Positions 17,619-27,913 of a stretch of DNA of 64,000 nt are shown here, in pieces (positions within the stretch are counted from its first letter, which is position 1; each line of letters opens with the position of its first letter). A program made the translations under genes and the position numbers. The stretch covers positions 27,329 to 91,328 of the forward strand of contig DASVBU010000021.1 in the NCBI GenBank assembly GCA_036375695.1. The letters are read 5' to 3'. A model generated the notes under the pieces. It made no database searches. It was not told the DNA's origin and saw nothing but the letters and a program-made list of their open reading frames with translations. This stretch comes from Acidimicrobiia bacterium (lineage in GTDB: Bacteria > Actinomycetota > Acidimicrobiia > Spongiisociales > ZC4RG35).

Positions 17619-18502
17619 GGCTCCTCGCGGTAGTGACGCATGAACAGCTCCTCGAGGGTGGGGGGCTGGCTCACGATGGCCTCCACCCCCATCCCCGCGA
17701 GGATCCCCACCACCTCACCGACCTGGTCGGAGTCCACCTCGAAGGTGGCCCGGGCGCCGGACACGTCGAGGTCGTGGACCCCGGGGACCCCGGCGAGCGC
17801 CGCCGGGTCGGACCGGAGGGTGACGTCGAACGTGGTCCTCGTCAGGTGTCTGAGCTCCTCGAGGGTGCCCGACTCGACCACCTTGCCGTGGCGGATGATG
17901 CTCACGCGATCACAGAGGGCCTCGACCTCGGCGAGGATGTGGCTGGCCAGCAGAACGGTGCGTCCGTTCTCCTTGTCCTCGCGGATCACCTCACGGAAGC
18001 GGGCCTCCATGAGCGGGTCGAGACCGGCGGTCGGCTCGTCGAGGATCAGCAGCTCCACGTCGGAGGCGAGGGCCGCGACGAGCGCCACCTTCTGGCGGTT
18101 GCCCTTGGAGTAGGTGGCCGCCTTCTTGGTGGGATCGAGGTCGAAGCGCTCGATCAGCTCCGCCCGGCGCCGCTCGTCGAGCCCGCCCCGGAGCCGTCCG
18201 AGCAGGTCGATGACCTCGCCGCCGGTGAGGCCGGGCCACAGCGTGACGTCCCCCGGCACATAGGCGAGACGGCGGTGGAGCTCGGTGGCCTCGGACCACG
18301 GGTCGCCCCCGAAGAGCCGCACCTCGCCGGAATCGTGATGGAGCAGGCCGAGGAGGATGCGGATCGTGGTGGTCTTCCCGGCCCCGTTGGGTCCGAGGAA
18401 GCCGTGGACCTCACCCGGCGCCACCTCGAGGTCGAGCCCGTCGAGGGCCCGTACGTGCCCGAAGCTCTTCACCAGGTCGAAGATCGATATGACTGCGGTC
18501 AC
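17615..18502 (-). CDS. ABC transporter ATP-binding protein (exporter type)
   Basis: Walker [12 protein letters not shown]-loop, [12 protein letters not shown] signature-like region, Walker B LILDEP. Confidence 0.85.
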   Translation of the reverse strand: MTAVISIFDLVKSFGHVRALDGLDLEVAPGEVHGFLGPNGAGKTTTIRILLGLLHHDSGEVRLFGGDPWSEATELHRRLAYVPGDVTLWPGLTGGEVIDLLGRLRGGLDERRRAELIERFDLDPTKKAATYSKGNRQKVALVAALASDVELLILDEPTAGLDPLMEARFREVIREDKENGRTVLLASHILAEVEALCDRVSIIRHGKVVESGTLEELRHLTRTTFDVTLRSDPAALAGVPGVHDLDVSGARATFEVDSDQVGEVVGILAGMGVEAIVSQPPTLEELFMRHYREEP

Positions 18503-18525
18503 GACACTCCCGATCGACTGAACAG

Positions 18526-19176
18526 TTGTTTAGCATACTGATCGTGCGTTCAGCAATCGCCCCGCCCGAAGACCTCACCACCCGGGCCCGGATCCGTGAT
18601 GCGGCCATGCGGCTCTTCCCCGAGCTGGGCTACGACGCCGCCTCGGTGCGACGGATCGCCAGGGAGGCCGGTGTCTCCCCTGCCCTCGTCCTCCACCACT
18701 ACGGCTCCAAGGAGGGGTTGCTACAGGCGTGCGACCACCACCTGGTGGAGCGCTACCGGCAGATCAAGGACGACGCCATCGCCGGCGGCATGTTCAACCC
18801 GGCGTTCATGAGCTCCGCCATGGCGGAGTCGAGGACCCTGATGAAGTACCTGGCGTGGGCGATGGCGTCGAACCGACCGGACGCCGCCGCCCTGTTCGAC
18901 GAGATGATGGCGGAGGCCGTGACGGTGAGCCGGGTCTCCATCGAGAAGGGGTACCTCACCGGCTCGCATGACCTGGAGGCCCGCACCGCGCTGCAGCTGG
19001 CGATGCAGATCGGGCTCGCCGTCCTCCACGAGCACGTGGAGCGGGTCACCGGGATCGACCTCTTCTCCGAGGAGGGGATCCGCCGGGCGACGCCCCTCCT
19101 TCTCGAGATCTACTCCGGGCTCTTCGACCCCGACCTGCTGGCCGAGCTCGTCGAGACACTCCCCGGACGCGCCTAG
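18526..19176 (+). CDS. TetR/AcrR-family transcriptional regulator
   Basis: N-terminal HTH ([45 protein letters not shown]); divergent from the ABC exporter operon; true start may be an internal GTG. Confidence 0.8.
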   Translation: MFSILIVRSAIAPPEDLTTRARIRDAAMRLFPELGYDAASVRRIAREAGVSPALVLHHYGSKEGLLQACDHHLVERYRQIKDDAIAGGMFNPAFMSSAMAESRTLMKYLAWAMASNRPDAAALFDEMMAEAVTVSRVSIEKGYLTGSHDLEARTALQLAMQIGLAVLHEHVERVTGIDLFSEEGIRRATPLLLEIYSGLFDPDLLAELVETLPGRA

Positions 19177-19185
19177 ATTCGGGGT

Positions 19186-19614
19186 GTGACACTCCCCGGT
19201 GAGATCCCGACGCGGCCCCACGAAGCGGCCAACCCCTGGGGCGACGCCGCCACCCCGTACGAGGAGTTGGGCGGCGACTCCCGGGTGCGGGAAGTGGTCG
19301 CAGCCTTCTACGACGTCATCGAGGAGGAGTCACCCGTCCTCCGGGCGATGCTCCCCAAGAACACCTCGGGATCCCGTCAGAAGCTCTACGAGTACCTGTC
19401 CGGCTGGCTCGGCGGGCCACCGTTGTACACCCAGAATCGGGGCCATCCCCGGCTGCGGATGCGCCATCTCCCCTTCCCCATCGGCGCCGACGAGGCCCGG
19501 GAGTGGATGCGATGCTTCCGGAAGGCCATGGACCGAACCGGTGTAGCTGGCCCGATCCGGGACTTCCTCGACTCCAAGCTGGCGCCCCTCGCCGCCCACA
19601 TGATCAACAGGTAG
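19186..19614 (+). CDS. group II truncated haemoglobin (trHbO/GlbO-like)
   Basis: 142 aa; 2/2 globin length and motifs (VVAAFYDVI..., Y/W-rich distal region). Confidence 0.7.
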   Translation: MTLPGEIPTRPHEAANPWGDAATPYEELGGDSRVREVVAAFYDVIEEESPVLRAMLPKNTSGSRQKLYEYLSGWLGGPPLYTQNRGHPRLRMRHLPFPIGADEAREWMRCFRKAMDRTGVAGPIRDFLDSKLAPLAAHMINR

Positions 19615-19709
19615 CGCCGGGTCGCTCCTGGTACCTTCTCCCCCGTTGCGATGACCGACAGCGAAGACCCTTCAGGTAGACGCATCGTCACCTCTAGGAC
19701 CCGAGGCCT

Positions 19710-20987
19710 GTGGCCATGAGCGAGATCTGGCCGCAACTGACCCTGATCGCAGTCCTCATCCTGGTGAACGCGGTCTTCGCCGGCACCGAGTTGGCTCTCG
19801 TCTCGCTCAGGGAGGGCCAGCTCCAGAGGCTCGAAGCCCGGGGCCGCCGGGGCGCGCTCCTCGCCCGTCTCGCCCGGGACCCGAACCGCTTCCTGGCCAC
19901 CATCCAGATCGTGATCACCCTGTCGGGCTTCTTCGCGTCGGCGTCGGCGGCGGTGACGCTGTCCGAGCCCCTCGCCGAGTCGCTCGAGTTCCTGGGACGG
20001 GCAGCCTCCCCCGTCGCGCTCGTCGTCGTCACGCTGGCGATCTCCTATCTGACGCTCGTCCTCGGCGAGCTGGCACCGAAGCGGCTCGCCATGCAGAACG
20101 CCGAGTCGTGGGGCTTGGTGATGGCGCGCCCCTTGAACGTGATCGCCCGTCTGTCGACACCGCTGGTGTGGGTCCTCTCCCGCAGCTCCGACCTGGTGGT
20201 CCGTCTCCTCGGCGGGGACCCTGCCAGGCTCGGTGAGGAAGTGACCCGGGAGGAGATTCGGGAGCTCATCATCACCCAGACCGGGTTCACCCCCCAGCAG
20301 CAGGTGATCATCTCCGGGGCGCTAGACATCTCGGAACGTTCGCTCCGCGAGTTGCTCCGCCCCCGCCGCGAGGTGGTGACGATCGACGCCTCGGCGTCGG
20401 TCGATGAGGGGATCCGCATCCTCCTCGACAGTGGCCACTCCCGCGCTCCCGTCGCCGTCCGTGGCGACCTCGACGAGGTGGTCGGCGTGGTCCACCTCCG
20501 CGACCTGATCGGCGAGACCGGCGCGGTGGCCGACCATGCCATGGAGCCCCTCTTCTTCCCCGAGACCGCCAGTGCCCTGGCCGCGCTCAGGGTGATGCAG
20601 CAGCGCCGGCAGCACCTCGCCATCGTGATCAGCGAACACGGGTCGGGCGAGGGCATCGTCACCATCGAGGACCTGCTCGAGGAGCTGGTCGGGGAGATCT
20701 ACGACGAGTACGACCGGGACGTCATAGCCGTGGAGCGCCGAGCCGACGGGAGCATCGACATCCCGGGCCGGTTCCCGGTGCACGACCTCATCGACCTCGG
20801 AATCGACGTGCCTGCCGGGGAGTACGCCACCGTCGCCGGGATGGTGTTGGAGAGCCTCGGCCGTCTCCCCCAGGAGCCCGGCGACACCGTCGTCGTCGGC
20901 GACTGGGAGGCCACCGTCCTCGAGGTGGCGGACCGGGCGCTCACCCGGATCAGGCTGCGTCGCCGACCCGGCACCGAGGACGAGTGA
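19710..20987 (+). CDS. CNNM/CorC/TlyC-family protein (DUF21 TM domain + CBS pair + CorC_HlyC)
   Basis: 425 aa; N-terminal 4-TM DUF21, central CBS pair, C-terminal transporter-associated domain. Confidence 0.85.
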   Translation: MAMSEIWPQLTLIAVLILVNAVFAGTELALVSLREGQLQRLEARGRRGALLARLARDPNRFLATIQIVITLSGFFASASAAVTLSEPLAESLEFLGRAASPVALVVVTLAISYLTLVLGELAPKRLAMQNAESWGLVMARPLNVIARLSTPLVWVLSRSSDLVVRLLGGDPARLGEEVTREEIRELIITQTGFTPQQQVIISGALDISERSLRELLRPRREVVTIDASASVDEGIRILLDSGHSRAPVAVRGDLDEVVGVVHLRDLIGETGAVADHAMEPLFFPETASALAALRVMQQRRQHLAIVISEHGSGEGIVTIEDLLEELVGEIYDEYDRDVIAVERRADGSIDIPGRFPVHDLIDLGIDVPAGEYATVAGMVLESLGRLPQEPGDTVVVGDWEATVLEVADRALTRIRLRRRPGTEDE

Positions 20988-20990
20988 TCC

Positions 20991-22004
20991 TCAGCCCGGG
21001 AAGACGGTCACGGCGTCGACGTCTACCTCCACCCGGTCGCCCGGGCTGAAGTGGTCGCCAGGGCCGAGCCGGGACCGGATCAGGGTGCCGTCGTCGAACG
21101 CCACCGTGACCAGCTGGTCGTGGCCGAAGAACTCGCGGCCCTTCACCACCGCCTTGCCCCTGGGGTCGGCGACCAGACGGACCGACTCCGGCCGGACCAT
21201 GACCCAGACCTCCCCTTCGCCGTCGCCCCGGAAGGCGCCGAGCACCGACTCGACACTCCCCCCGTGACCCCTCCCGCGGATGAAGTTGGCGTCGCCGATG
21301 AACTGGCCCACCCAGGCGCTGGCGGGCGACCAGTACAGCTCCTGCGGCGTGGCCATCTGGACGATGCGCCCGCGGTTCATCACTGCGACCAGGTCGGAGA
21401 TGGAGAGTGCCTCTTCCTGGTCGTGGGTGATGAAGAGGGCGGTGGTGCCGGCACCCCGGAGGATGCTGATGATCTCGCCCCGCACGCGTGACCGCAGCGT
21501 GTCGTCGAGGTTGGAGAACGGCTCGTCGAGGATGAGGACGTCGGGACGAGGGGCCATGGCCCGGGCCAGGGCGACCCTCTGTTGCTGACCGCCCGACAAC
21601 TCGTGCGGGTAGCGCTTCCCCAGACCGGTGAGACCGACCACCTCGAGGATCTCGTCGACCCGCGCCTCCCGGTCCTTTGCCTTGGCCAGGCCGTACCCGA
21701 CGTTGGCCCGCACGTCCATGTGCGGGAAGAGGGCGTAGTCCTGGAGGACGACCCCGACTCTTCTCTCTTCAGGCGGGACGAAGACGCCCGGCCCGACGAC
21801 ACGGCGGCCACGGATGTCCACGGTGCCTGCATCGGGGCGGTCGAAGCCGGCGAGGACCCGGAGCATGGTGCTCTTCCCGGTGCCCGACGGACCGAGGAGG
21901 GTGACCACGGCGCCGGCGGGCACGCTGAGATCGCATCCGTCGAGCGCCACGGTCTCGCCGTAGCGCTTGGTGATCCCGACCGCGTCGATGACCAGTTCAG
22001 TCAT
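20991..22004 (-). CDS. ABC transporter ATP-binding protein with TOBE domain, iron(III)/polyamine type (FbpC/PotA-like)
   Basis: Walker A GPSGTGKST, LSGGQQQRVALAR signature, Walker B LILDEP; C-terminal TOBE-like domain. Confidence 0.8.
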   Translation of the reverse strand: MTELVIDAVGITKRYGETVALDGCDLSVPAGAVVTLLGPSGTGKSTMLRVLAGFDRPDAGTVDIRGRRVVGPGVFVPPEERRVGVVLQDYALFPHMDVRANVGYGLAKAKDREARVDEILEVVGLTGLGKRYPHELSGGQQQRVALARAMAPRPDVLILDEPFSNLDDTLRSRVRGEIISILRGAGTTALFITHDQEEALSISDLVAVMNRGRIVQMATPQELYWSPASAWVGQFIGDANFIRGRGHGGSVESVLGAFRGDGEGEVWVMVRPESVRLVADPRGKAVVKGREFFGHDQLVTVAFDDGTLIRSRLGPGDHFSPGDRVEVDVDAVTVFPG

Positions 22005-23604
22005 GGATGTCCTTGACCACGAAGAAGTACAGGGGCGCCGCCGACACCAGGATCAGGGCCAAAGCGGCAAAGCTGGCCTGACTGTAGAAGACCTCGTTGG
22101 TTGCGCTCCAGATGCGCACCGGGAGCGTGTCGAACTCCGTGGGACGTAGCAGGAGCGTGGCCGGCAGCTCCTTCATCACCGACAGGAAGACCAGAGCCGC
22201 CCCCGCCAGCGCGGAGCGCCGCATCATCGGGATGGTGACCCGCCGCATCGTCGCCCATTGGCCCATGCCGAGGCTGCGGGACACCTCCTCCAACGCGGGA
22301 CCGATCCTCCTCATCCCGCTCTCCACCGCGGCCAGGGCCTGAGGCAGGAACATCGCCAGATAGACGATGATCAGCAGGGGGATCGTCTGGTAGATGGGGC
22401 GGAACCACTGGACGGTGAGGACCAGGAAGGCGAGACCGACAGCCAGGTGGGGAAGCGAGTAGGTGAGCCACGGGATGCCCTCGAGCACCCGGGTGACCGA
22501 GTTGCGGTGCCTGGTGGCGAGGATCCCCAGTGGCACCGCCGCCGCGCCCACCACCAAGGCCGCCACCGCCGAGAGCCCGATCGACCTCAGTGTCTGCGGC
22601 ACCACACCGAGAAGGGAGGCACCCTGGGCGATGCCGCGGACCATCCACCACACCATCGTCGAGATCGGCAGGAGAAGGGCCAGGAGGGCCAGGAGCCCCA
22701 GAAACGAGTGGGCCACAACCCGGCCGGCGGGGCTCAGGTTGTGCAGCGAGACCCGACGCGCCGGTCGTGCGCCGTAGAGGGCGGCCCGGCCCCGGGCCAC
22801 CTGCTGCAAGACCACCAGGACCAGAGCACCGGACGAGAGCACACCCGCCAGGAAGAGGGCAGGGCCGGGGTCGAGACGGCCCGCGAACTGGGTGTAGATG
22901 GTGCGGGTGAACGTGTCGAACCGGAGCATCGAGACCGCCCCGAACTCGGCGATGACGTAGAGGGCCACGAGCAGGGCGCCGGAGGCGAGGGCAGGCCGAA
23001 GTTGCGGTATGACCACTTTCCGGATGGTGCGCCACCGCCCGGCGCCCAAGCCCCGGGACACGTCCTCCAGAGCCGGGTCGAGCCGACGTAGCACCGGCAC
23101 CGCCAGCAGGTGGATGAAGGAGAAGTTCCACAGGCTCAGCGCGGCCCACGCCGCCCAAAAGCCCTGGAACACCGGGAGACCCGGGAGGCCGAGCTTCTCG
23201 AGGAAAAGGGTGAGGGTGCCCCCGTTTCCCGATGCCGACAGCATCGCCAGGGCGCCGACATAGGAAGGGATGACCAGGGGCAAGGTCATCAACGTCGACC
23301 AGATCCGGGAGCCACCGAGATCGGTCCGGGTCGTCAGCCAGGCGGTGGTCAGACCGAGCGCCAACGTGGTGGCGGTCACGGTCACCGTGAGCAGACCCGT
23401 CGAGACCGCCAGTTCCCGGAGCCTCTCTCCGGTGAAGCCGCCGGCGTCGAACCCGCCCGGTCGCAGCACCACCCACAGGAGGTAGACGATGGGGATCGCC
23501 GCCGGGAGGACAACGGCGACCCCGGCCACCCAGAGGGCGGCCGGGGCCTCGGGTCGCCTGGTTGTCCCGGCGGGCGTCGTCAGACGATGGGCGAGTTCGA
23601 CCAA
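21997..23604 (-). CDS. iron(III) ABC transporter permease, two fused permease domains (FbpB-like)
   Basis: 535 aa, about 12 TM; sits between the FbpC-like and FbpA-like genes. Confidence 0.8.
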   Translation of the reverse strand: MVELAHRLTTPAGTTRRPEAPAALWVAGVAVVLPAAIPIVYLLWVVLRPGGFDAGGFTGERLRELAVSTGLLTVTVTATTLALGLTTAWLTTRTDLGGSRIWSTLMTLPLVIPSYVGALAMLSASGNGGTLTLFLEKLGLPGLPVFQGFWAAWAALSLWNFSFIHLLAVPVLRRLDPALEDVSRGLGAGRWRTIRKVVIPQLRPALASGALLVALYVIAEFGAVSMLRFDTFTRTIYTQFAGRLDPGPALFLAGVLSSGALVLVVLQQVARGRAALYGARPARRVSLHNLSPAGRVVAHSFLGLLALLALLLPISTMVWWMVRGIAQGASLLGVVPQTLRSIGLSAVAALVVGAAAVPLGILATRHRNSVTRVLEGIPWLTYSLPHLAVGLAFLVLTVQWFRPIYQTIPLLIIVYLAMFLPQALAAVESGMRRIGPALEEVSRSLGMGQWATMRRVTIPMMRRSALAGAALVFLSVMKELPATLLLRPTEFDTLPVRIWSATNEVFYSQASFAALALILVSAAPLYFFVVKDIHD

Positions 23605-23614
23605 TTCGTCGTCC

Positions 23615-24643
23615 TCAGCTCAGACCGACCTCCGCGATCAGGTCGACGGCGCTGTCCAGGTAGTCGGCCAGATCCGAGAGGTTGATGTCGGGGCCCCGCA
23701 ACTCCGAGAGTGGCTTCTGGCCCTCGGGTGTGAAGTCGCCTTCGATGAGACCGTACTCGTGGAGGTTCTCCGAGAAGTGCCGCTGGGCGTCCTCGGCGAG
23801 CAGGTAGCGGATGAACTCCAGCGCCGCCTCCTTGTTGTCCGAGGGCTCGAGGACACCCACGCCGGTGGCCGCCACCAGGGCGCCCGGGTCACCGGGGGCC
23901 AGGTAGTGGTTCTTGGCGGTGGCCGAGCCCTGGTCGTCGATCAGGCCGAGTAGGTAGTAGTGATTGACCAGCCCGGCGTCGAGGTCGCCGGCGTCGACGG
24001 CCTGGACGATCGGGCCGTTGCTCGGGAAGATCTGGGGGTCGTTGGCGACCATTCCCTCCAGCCACTCCCGCGTCTTCTCGGTGCCGTCGACCAGTTCCAT
24101 CGCCGAGACGAAGGCTATGAACGAGGCATTGGTCGGAGCGATGCCGATGCGCCCCTTCCACTTGGGATCGGTCAGCTCATAGACGCTGGCGGGCAACTCG
24201 TCCTCGGAGACCAGCTCCGGGTTGTAGACGAGGACACGGCTCCGGCCGGTGACCCCGACCCAATGCCCATCCGCGTCGCGGTAATGCTCGGGGACCAGGG
24301 AGAGGATGTCCTCGGGGAGCTCGGCGAGCAGCCCCTCGTCACCGATTGCGCCGATCCATGCCGGGTCCTGGGCCCAGAACACGTCGGCGTCGGTGGTCTC
24401 GCCCTCGTTGAGGATCGTCGTGGCGAGGTCACTGGTGCCATCGCCGTAGCGGACCCGGACATCGATGCCGGTGTCCGCCTCGAACTCCTCGATGATCGGG
24501 GTGACGAAGTTCTCGTTCCTGCCCGAGTAGACGGTCAGCGTGCCGGACCCGAGCGTGGTGTCGGTGGACTGCTCCCCGCAAGCGGCCACCGCGACGACCA
24601 GCGCCAGGACGGCGGTCGCCAACCTGGATGTGCTTCGAACCAT
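23615..24643 (-). CDS. iron(III)-binding periplasmic lipoprotein (FbpA/AfuA family SBP)
   Basis: Start re-set to ATG at 24641-24643 (MVRSTSRLATAVLALVVAVAACG lipoprotein signal). The track's extra 47 N-terminal codons would otherwise overlap the upstream gene. Confidence 0.75.
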   Translation of the reverse strand: MVRSTSRLATAVLALVVAVAACGEQSTDTTLGSGTLTVYSGRNENFVTPIIEEFEADTGIDVRVRYGDGTSDLATTILNEGETTDADVFWAQDPAWIGAIGDEGLLAELPEDILSLVPEHYRDADGHWVGVTGRSRVLVYNPELVSEDELPASVYELTDPKWKGRIGIAPTNASFIAFVSAMELVDGTEKTREWLEGMVANDPQIFPSNGPIVQAVDAGDLDAGLVNHYYLLGLIDDQGSATAKNHYLAPGDPGALVAATGVGVLEPSDNKEAALEFIRYLLAEDAQRHFSENLHEYGLIEGDFTPEGQKPLSELRGPDINLSDLADYLDSAVDLIAEVGLS

Positions 24644-24680
24644 GACTCGCAAGGTATAAACACTATGGCCATAGTGCAAA

Positions 24681-26669
24681 TTACCGGGCGAAGCCGAGCA
24701 GGTGGAGCTCGGAGGGGAGAAGTGCCTGCGGCCCGTCCGACAGCGCCTCCTCGGGACGGGGATGGATCTCCACCATGAGGCCATGGGCGCCGGCTGCGAG
24801 ACCCGCCCGGCCCAGGGGGATGACCAGGGGTCGCACCCCGGCTGCGTGCGACGGATCCACGATCACCGGGAGATGGGTCAACTGCCGCAGCACCGGCACC
24901 GCGGCCACGTCGAGGGTGCTCCTGGTGGCGGTCTCGAAGGTGCGAATGCCTCGCTCGCACAGGATCACCTGGCGGTTGCCCTCGGCCAGTATGTACTCCG
25001 CCGCCTGGAGGAACTCCTCGATGGTGGCGCTCATACCCCGCTTGAGCAGAACAGGTTTGCGCACCTTGCCCACGGCCGACAGGAGGGCGAAGTTCTGCAT
25101 GTTGCGGGTCCCGATCTGGAGGACGTCGGCGACCTCCGCCATCGGCGCCACGTGCTCGGGCGCGAGGACCTCGGTGACGACGGGGAGCCCGTGGGCCCTT
25201 CCCGCCTCGGCGAGCAACTCCAGAGCCTCGAAGCCGAGCCCCTGGAAGCTGTAGGGCGAAGTCCTGGGCTTGAAACAGCCACCCCTCAGCACGCTTCCTC
25301 CCGCCTCCCGCGTCGCCCGGGCGCACTCCATGACCTGCGCCCGGTTCTCCACGGCACAGGGGCCGGCGATGAGGACCGGGTCGGCATCGCCGCCGATTCG
25401 GACGCCCGCCACCTCGACAACGGTGTCCCCCGTACCAGCCCGGCGCGCCAGCTTGGGGACGCCGACGTCGCGGATCGTCGTCGCCGGCGACTCCTCGGGC
25501 ACGACTCCGGTGGCCGGAGGCGCCAGGGGTCGCCGCCTGTGAGGCCGGAGGTCGGAGGACGGGTACGACCCGAGCACGCGCATGAACCGCGCCTTCCGTC
25601 CGACGCCCTCGAGCGCCCGGACCACTGCCTCGTCGGACACGTTGCCCTCGAAGTCGAGGATGAACGTCTCCTCCCAGGGGTCGTCGGGGTTGGGCCGTGA
25701 CTCCAGCTTGACCAGTGGGATGCCCTCACGGGCGAATTCCGCCAGGACCTCCATGAGGGAGCCGGGCTCGTTCCCCACCGAGAGGACGATCGTGGTCTTG
25801 ACGGGGACACCGGGTGTGACATCGATCCGCGCCCTGGAGACCGCCAGGAACCGGGTGAAGTTGTCCGGCCGGTCGGTGATCGACGGGTGCAGGACGTGGA
25901 GACCCCTGGACAACGCGGCCTCCTCCGCGGCCACGGCCGCCACGGACGGGTCGCCGAGCAGGCGGACCTCCTCGGCGGCGCCCGCCGTGTCCCAGCTGTA
26001 GACCACCTCGGCTCCGAGACCGCGCAGGAAGTCGGAGCACTGTGCAACGGCCTGCGGGTGTGCCAGGACGCGGGCGATGCCATCCAGGCTGGCGCCCGGG
26101 AGACCGATGAGCCGATGGGCCACCGGCAACCTGACCTCCCCGGTCACCGCCAGATCGTTGGCGATGAGCAGGTCGTAGACCTCGACGATGCTCCCCGACG
26201 TCGAGTTCTCCACCGGGAGGACCGCCGCGTCCGCCCGCCCCTTCCCCACCTCGGCGACGGCGTCGGCGAAGGTGGTGGTGCCCGCGAACTCGACCCCTTC
26301 GTCACCGAAGAGTCGCCGGGCGGCGACGTGACTGAAGGCACCCGGAGCCCCCTGGAAGGTCACTCGTCTCACCCTCCCGGCGAGTCGCCGCTCACCCACC
26401 AGGTCGAGCTGGACCCGGAGGGAGTCGTCGAGGATCTGCTCCCAGAGACGCACCACCACCCCTGCGTCGAGCCCGTATTCCCGCGCCACCGCCACCCGCT
26501 CGGCGAGGAGACGCTCCTCGCGCTCGGCGTCGTGGAAAGCAAGACCGTTTTGGACCTTCTCTGCGGCGATGTCGGTCACCAGACGGCGACGCTCGGCGAG
26601 CAGCTCGAGGATGCGACGGTCCACGTCGTCGATCCCGGCTCGGTGTGAATCCAATGGTGAAGGGGTCAT
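24681..26669 (-). CDS. tri-domain fusion: chorismate mutase + prephenate dehydratase (with ACT) + DAHP synthase type I-beta
   Basis: N-terminal CM_2 ([25 protein letters not shown]); PDT motifs ([11 protein letters not shown]...ENSTSGSI...); ACT ([32 protein letters not shown]); C-terminal DAHPS I-beta (IAGPCAVEN...[14 protein letters not shown]); GGGAG SD 7 nt upstream. Confidence 0.8.
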   Translation of the reverse strand: MTPSPLDSHRAGIDDVDRRILELLAERRRLVTDIAAEKVQNGLAFHDAEREERLLAERVAVAREYGLDAGVVVRLWEQILDDSLRVQLDLVGERRLAGRVRRVTFQGAPGAFSHVAARRLFGDEGVEFAGTTTFADAVAEVGKGRADAAVLPVENSTSGSIVEVYDLLIANDLAVTGEVRLPVAHRLIGLPGASLDGIARVLAHPQAVAQCSDFLRGLGAEVVYSWDTAGAAEEVRLLGDPSVAAVAAEEAALSRGLHVLHPSITDRPDNFTRFLAVSRARIDVTPGVPVKTTIVLSVGNEPGSLMEVLAEFAREGIPLVKLESRPNPDDPWEETFILDFEGNVSDEAVVRALEGVGRKARFMRVLGSYPSSDLRPHRRRPLAPPATGVVPEESPATTIRDVGVPKLARRAGTGDTVVEVAGVRIGGDADPVLIAGPCAVENRAQVMECARATREAGGSVLRGGCFKPRTSPYSFQGLGFEALELLAEAGRAHGLPVVTEVLAPEHVAPMAEVADVLQIGTRNMQNFALLSAVGKVRKPVLLKRGMSATIEEFLQAAEYILAEGNRQVILCERGIRTFETATRSTLDVAAVPVLRQLTHLPVIVDPSHAAGVRPLVIPLGRAGLAAGAHGLMVEIHPRPEEALSDGPQALLPSELHLLGFAR

Positions 26670-26754
26670 GGGTGTCTCCCGGGGTGATGCCCGCGACGCG
26701 GGAAATGAAGAGTGAACGAACGATGGAGAAACGGAGGGGTGTGGTGATCGGCGC

Positions 26755-26817
26755 TTACGCGCCGAAATAGGCGCGGCCGAAATAGCGATAGACGAAGCTA
26801 TGGCCGAAACGCCTCAT
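26755..26817 (-). CDS. candidate aromatic amino-acid leader peptide [20 protein letters not shown] (20 aa)
   Basis: Sits 85 nt upstream of the CM-PDT-DAHPS gene on the same strand. 4 Phe and 3 Tyr in 20 codons, all three Tyr as rare TAT codons, rare TAA stop. Followed by hairpins GGCGCGTAAGCGCC and CCCGCGTCGCGGG and a CCUCC stretch that could pair with the downstream SD. Weak SD of its own. Confidence 0.45.
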   Translation of the reverse strand: MRRFGHSFVYRYFGRAYFGA

Positions 26818-26870
26818 GAAGTCACTATAGCCCCGATCTCCCATGGTGTCTCGGGCCTAACCTCGCCCGG

Positions 26871-27890
26871 TTGACGGGAACGGCTCTCATCTCCGGAACC
26901 GGCCTGATCGGCACATCGATCGGGCTCGGGCTGCGCTCCGCGGGCTGGCAGGTCGTCGGCTGGGACCCAGATCCCGCCACTACCGCGGAGGCGCGGCGTC
27001 GCGGCGCGCTCGACCGGGTCACGGATCACCCGGAGGATCACTCGGGCATCGATCTCGTCGTCCTCGCCGGCCCTCTACCAGCGATCGTGGCCACGCTGAG
27101 GAGCCTGCGAAGCGGCGCTCTGATCACCGACGTCGCCGGTGTCAAGACCCCCGTCGTGGAGGCCGCCGCCAACCTCCCCCGGTTCGTCGGTGGTCATCCC
27201 ATGGCGGGCGGAGCCACCCGCGGCCCGGACCTCGCCTCTGCCCACCTCTTCCACGGAGCTGCCTGGGTGCTGACCACGGACGGAGCCTCGGAGGGTGACC
27301 TGGAGACCATCGAGGAGGTGGTCCGGACGCTGGGCGCAAACCCGCTGCGGATGACCGCCGACGAGCACGACTCGGCCGTCGCCCGGGTCAGCCATCTCCC
27401 CCATCTCCTCGCCGGGGCGCTGGTCAGGATCGCGGCGAGGCGGGAGGCGATGGGTCTGGCCGGAGGTGGCTTCCGCGACCTGACCCGCGTCGCCGCGTCC
27501 GACACGTCGTGGTGGCCGGACGTCCTCCAGGCAAACGCCACCGAGGTGGCTGACGCCATCTCGGAGCTGCAGGCGGACCTGGAGGGGGCCCGGGCACGGC
27601 TCCTCGCCGGCGACAAGGTCGCCATCACCGGGTCGCTCGAGGAGGCGCGGGCCATCCGATCCTCGCTCGGCGAGCACCATGCCCAGATCCGGGTCATCCT
27701 CATCGATCGTCCGGGAGAGTTGGCGCGGGTGGGACATGCCCTGGAGGCGAGCCACGCGGACGTGCGGGACATCCAGCTCCGTCATGGGGAGCACGGGGGT
27801 GGCGGCGTCCTCACCATCTCGGTCACGCCGCGGTCGGCCCGGGCACTGCGTGAGGCGCTGGAGGCCGAGGGCTTCACCCTCGAAGTCTGA
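26871..27890 (+). CDS. tyrA: prephenate/arogenate dehydrogenase (TyrA) with C-terminal ACT domain
   Basis: Rossmann N-terminus ISGTGLIGTSIGLGL; PDH catalytic region GGHPMAGG; TTG start per track; divergent from the leader/CM-PDT-DAHPS unit. Confidence 0.8.
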   Translation: MTGTALISGTGLIGTSIGLGLRSAGWQVVGWDPDPATTAEARRRGALDRVTDHPEDHSGIDLVVLAGPLPAIVATLRSLRSGALITDVAGVKTPVVEAAANLPRFVGGHPMAGGATRGPDLASAHLFHGAAWVLTTDGASEGDLETIEEVVRTLGANPLRMTADEHDSAVARVSHLPHLLAGALVRIAARREAMGLAGGGFRDLTRVAASDTSWWPDVLQANATEVADAISELQADLEGARARLLAGDKVAITGSLEEARAIRSSLGEHHAQIRVILIDRPGELARVGHALEASHADVRDIQLRHGEHGGGGVLTISVTPRSARALREALEAEGFTLEV

Positions 27891-27913
27891 GACCCCACAT
27901 AGAGTCGTCGCCA

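Noticed and set aside
26670-26870. Plus-strand small ORFs in the pheA/tyrA intergenic region ([45 protein letters not shown])
   Set aside because: Neither is enriched in aromatic residues nor followed by alternative hairpins; the minus-strand F/Y-rich ORF is the better leader candidate.
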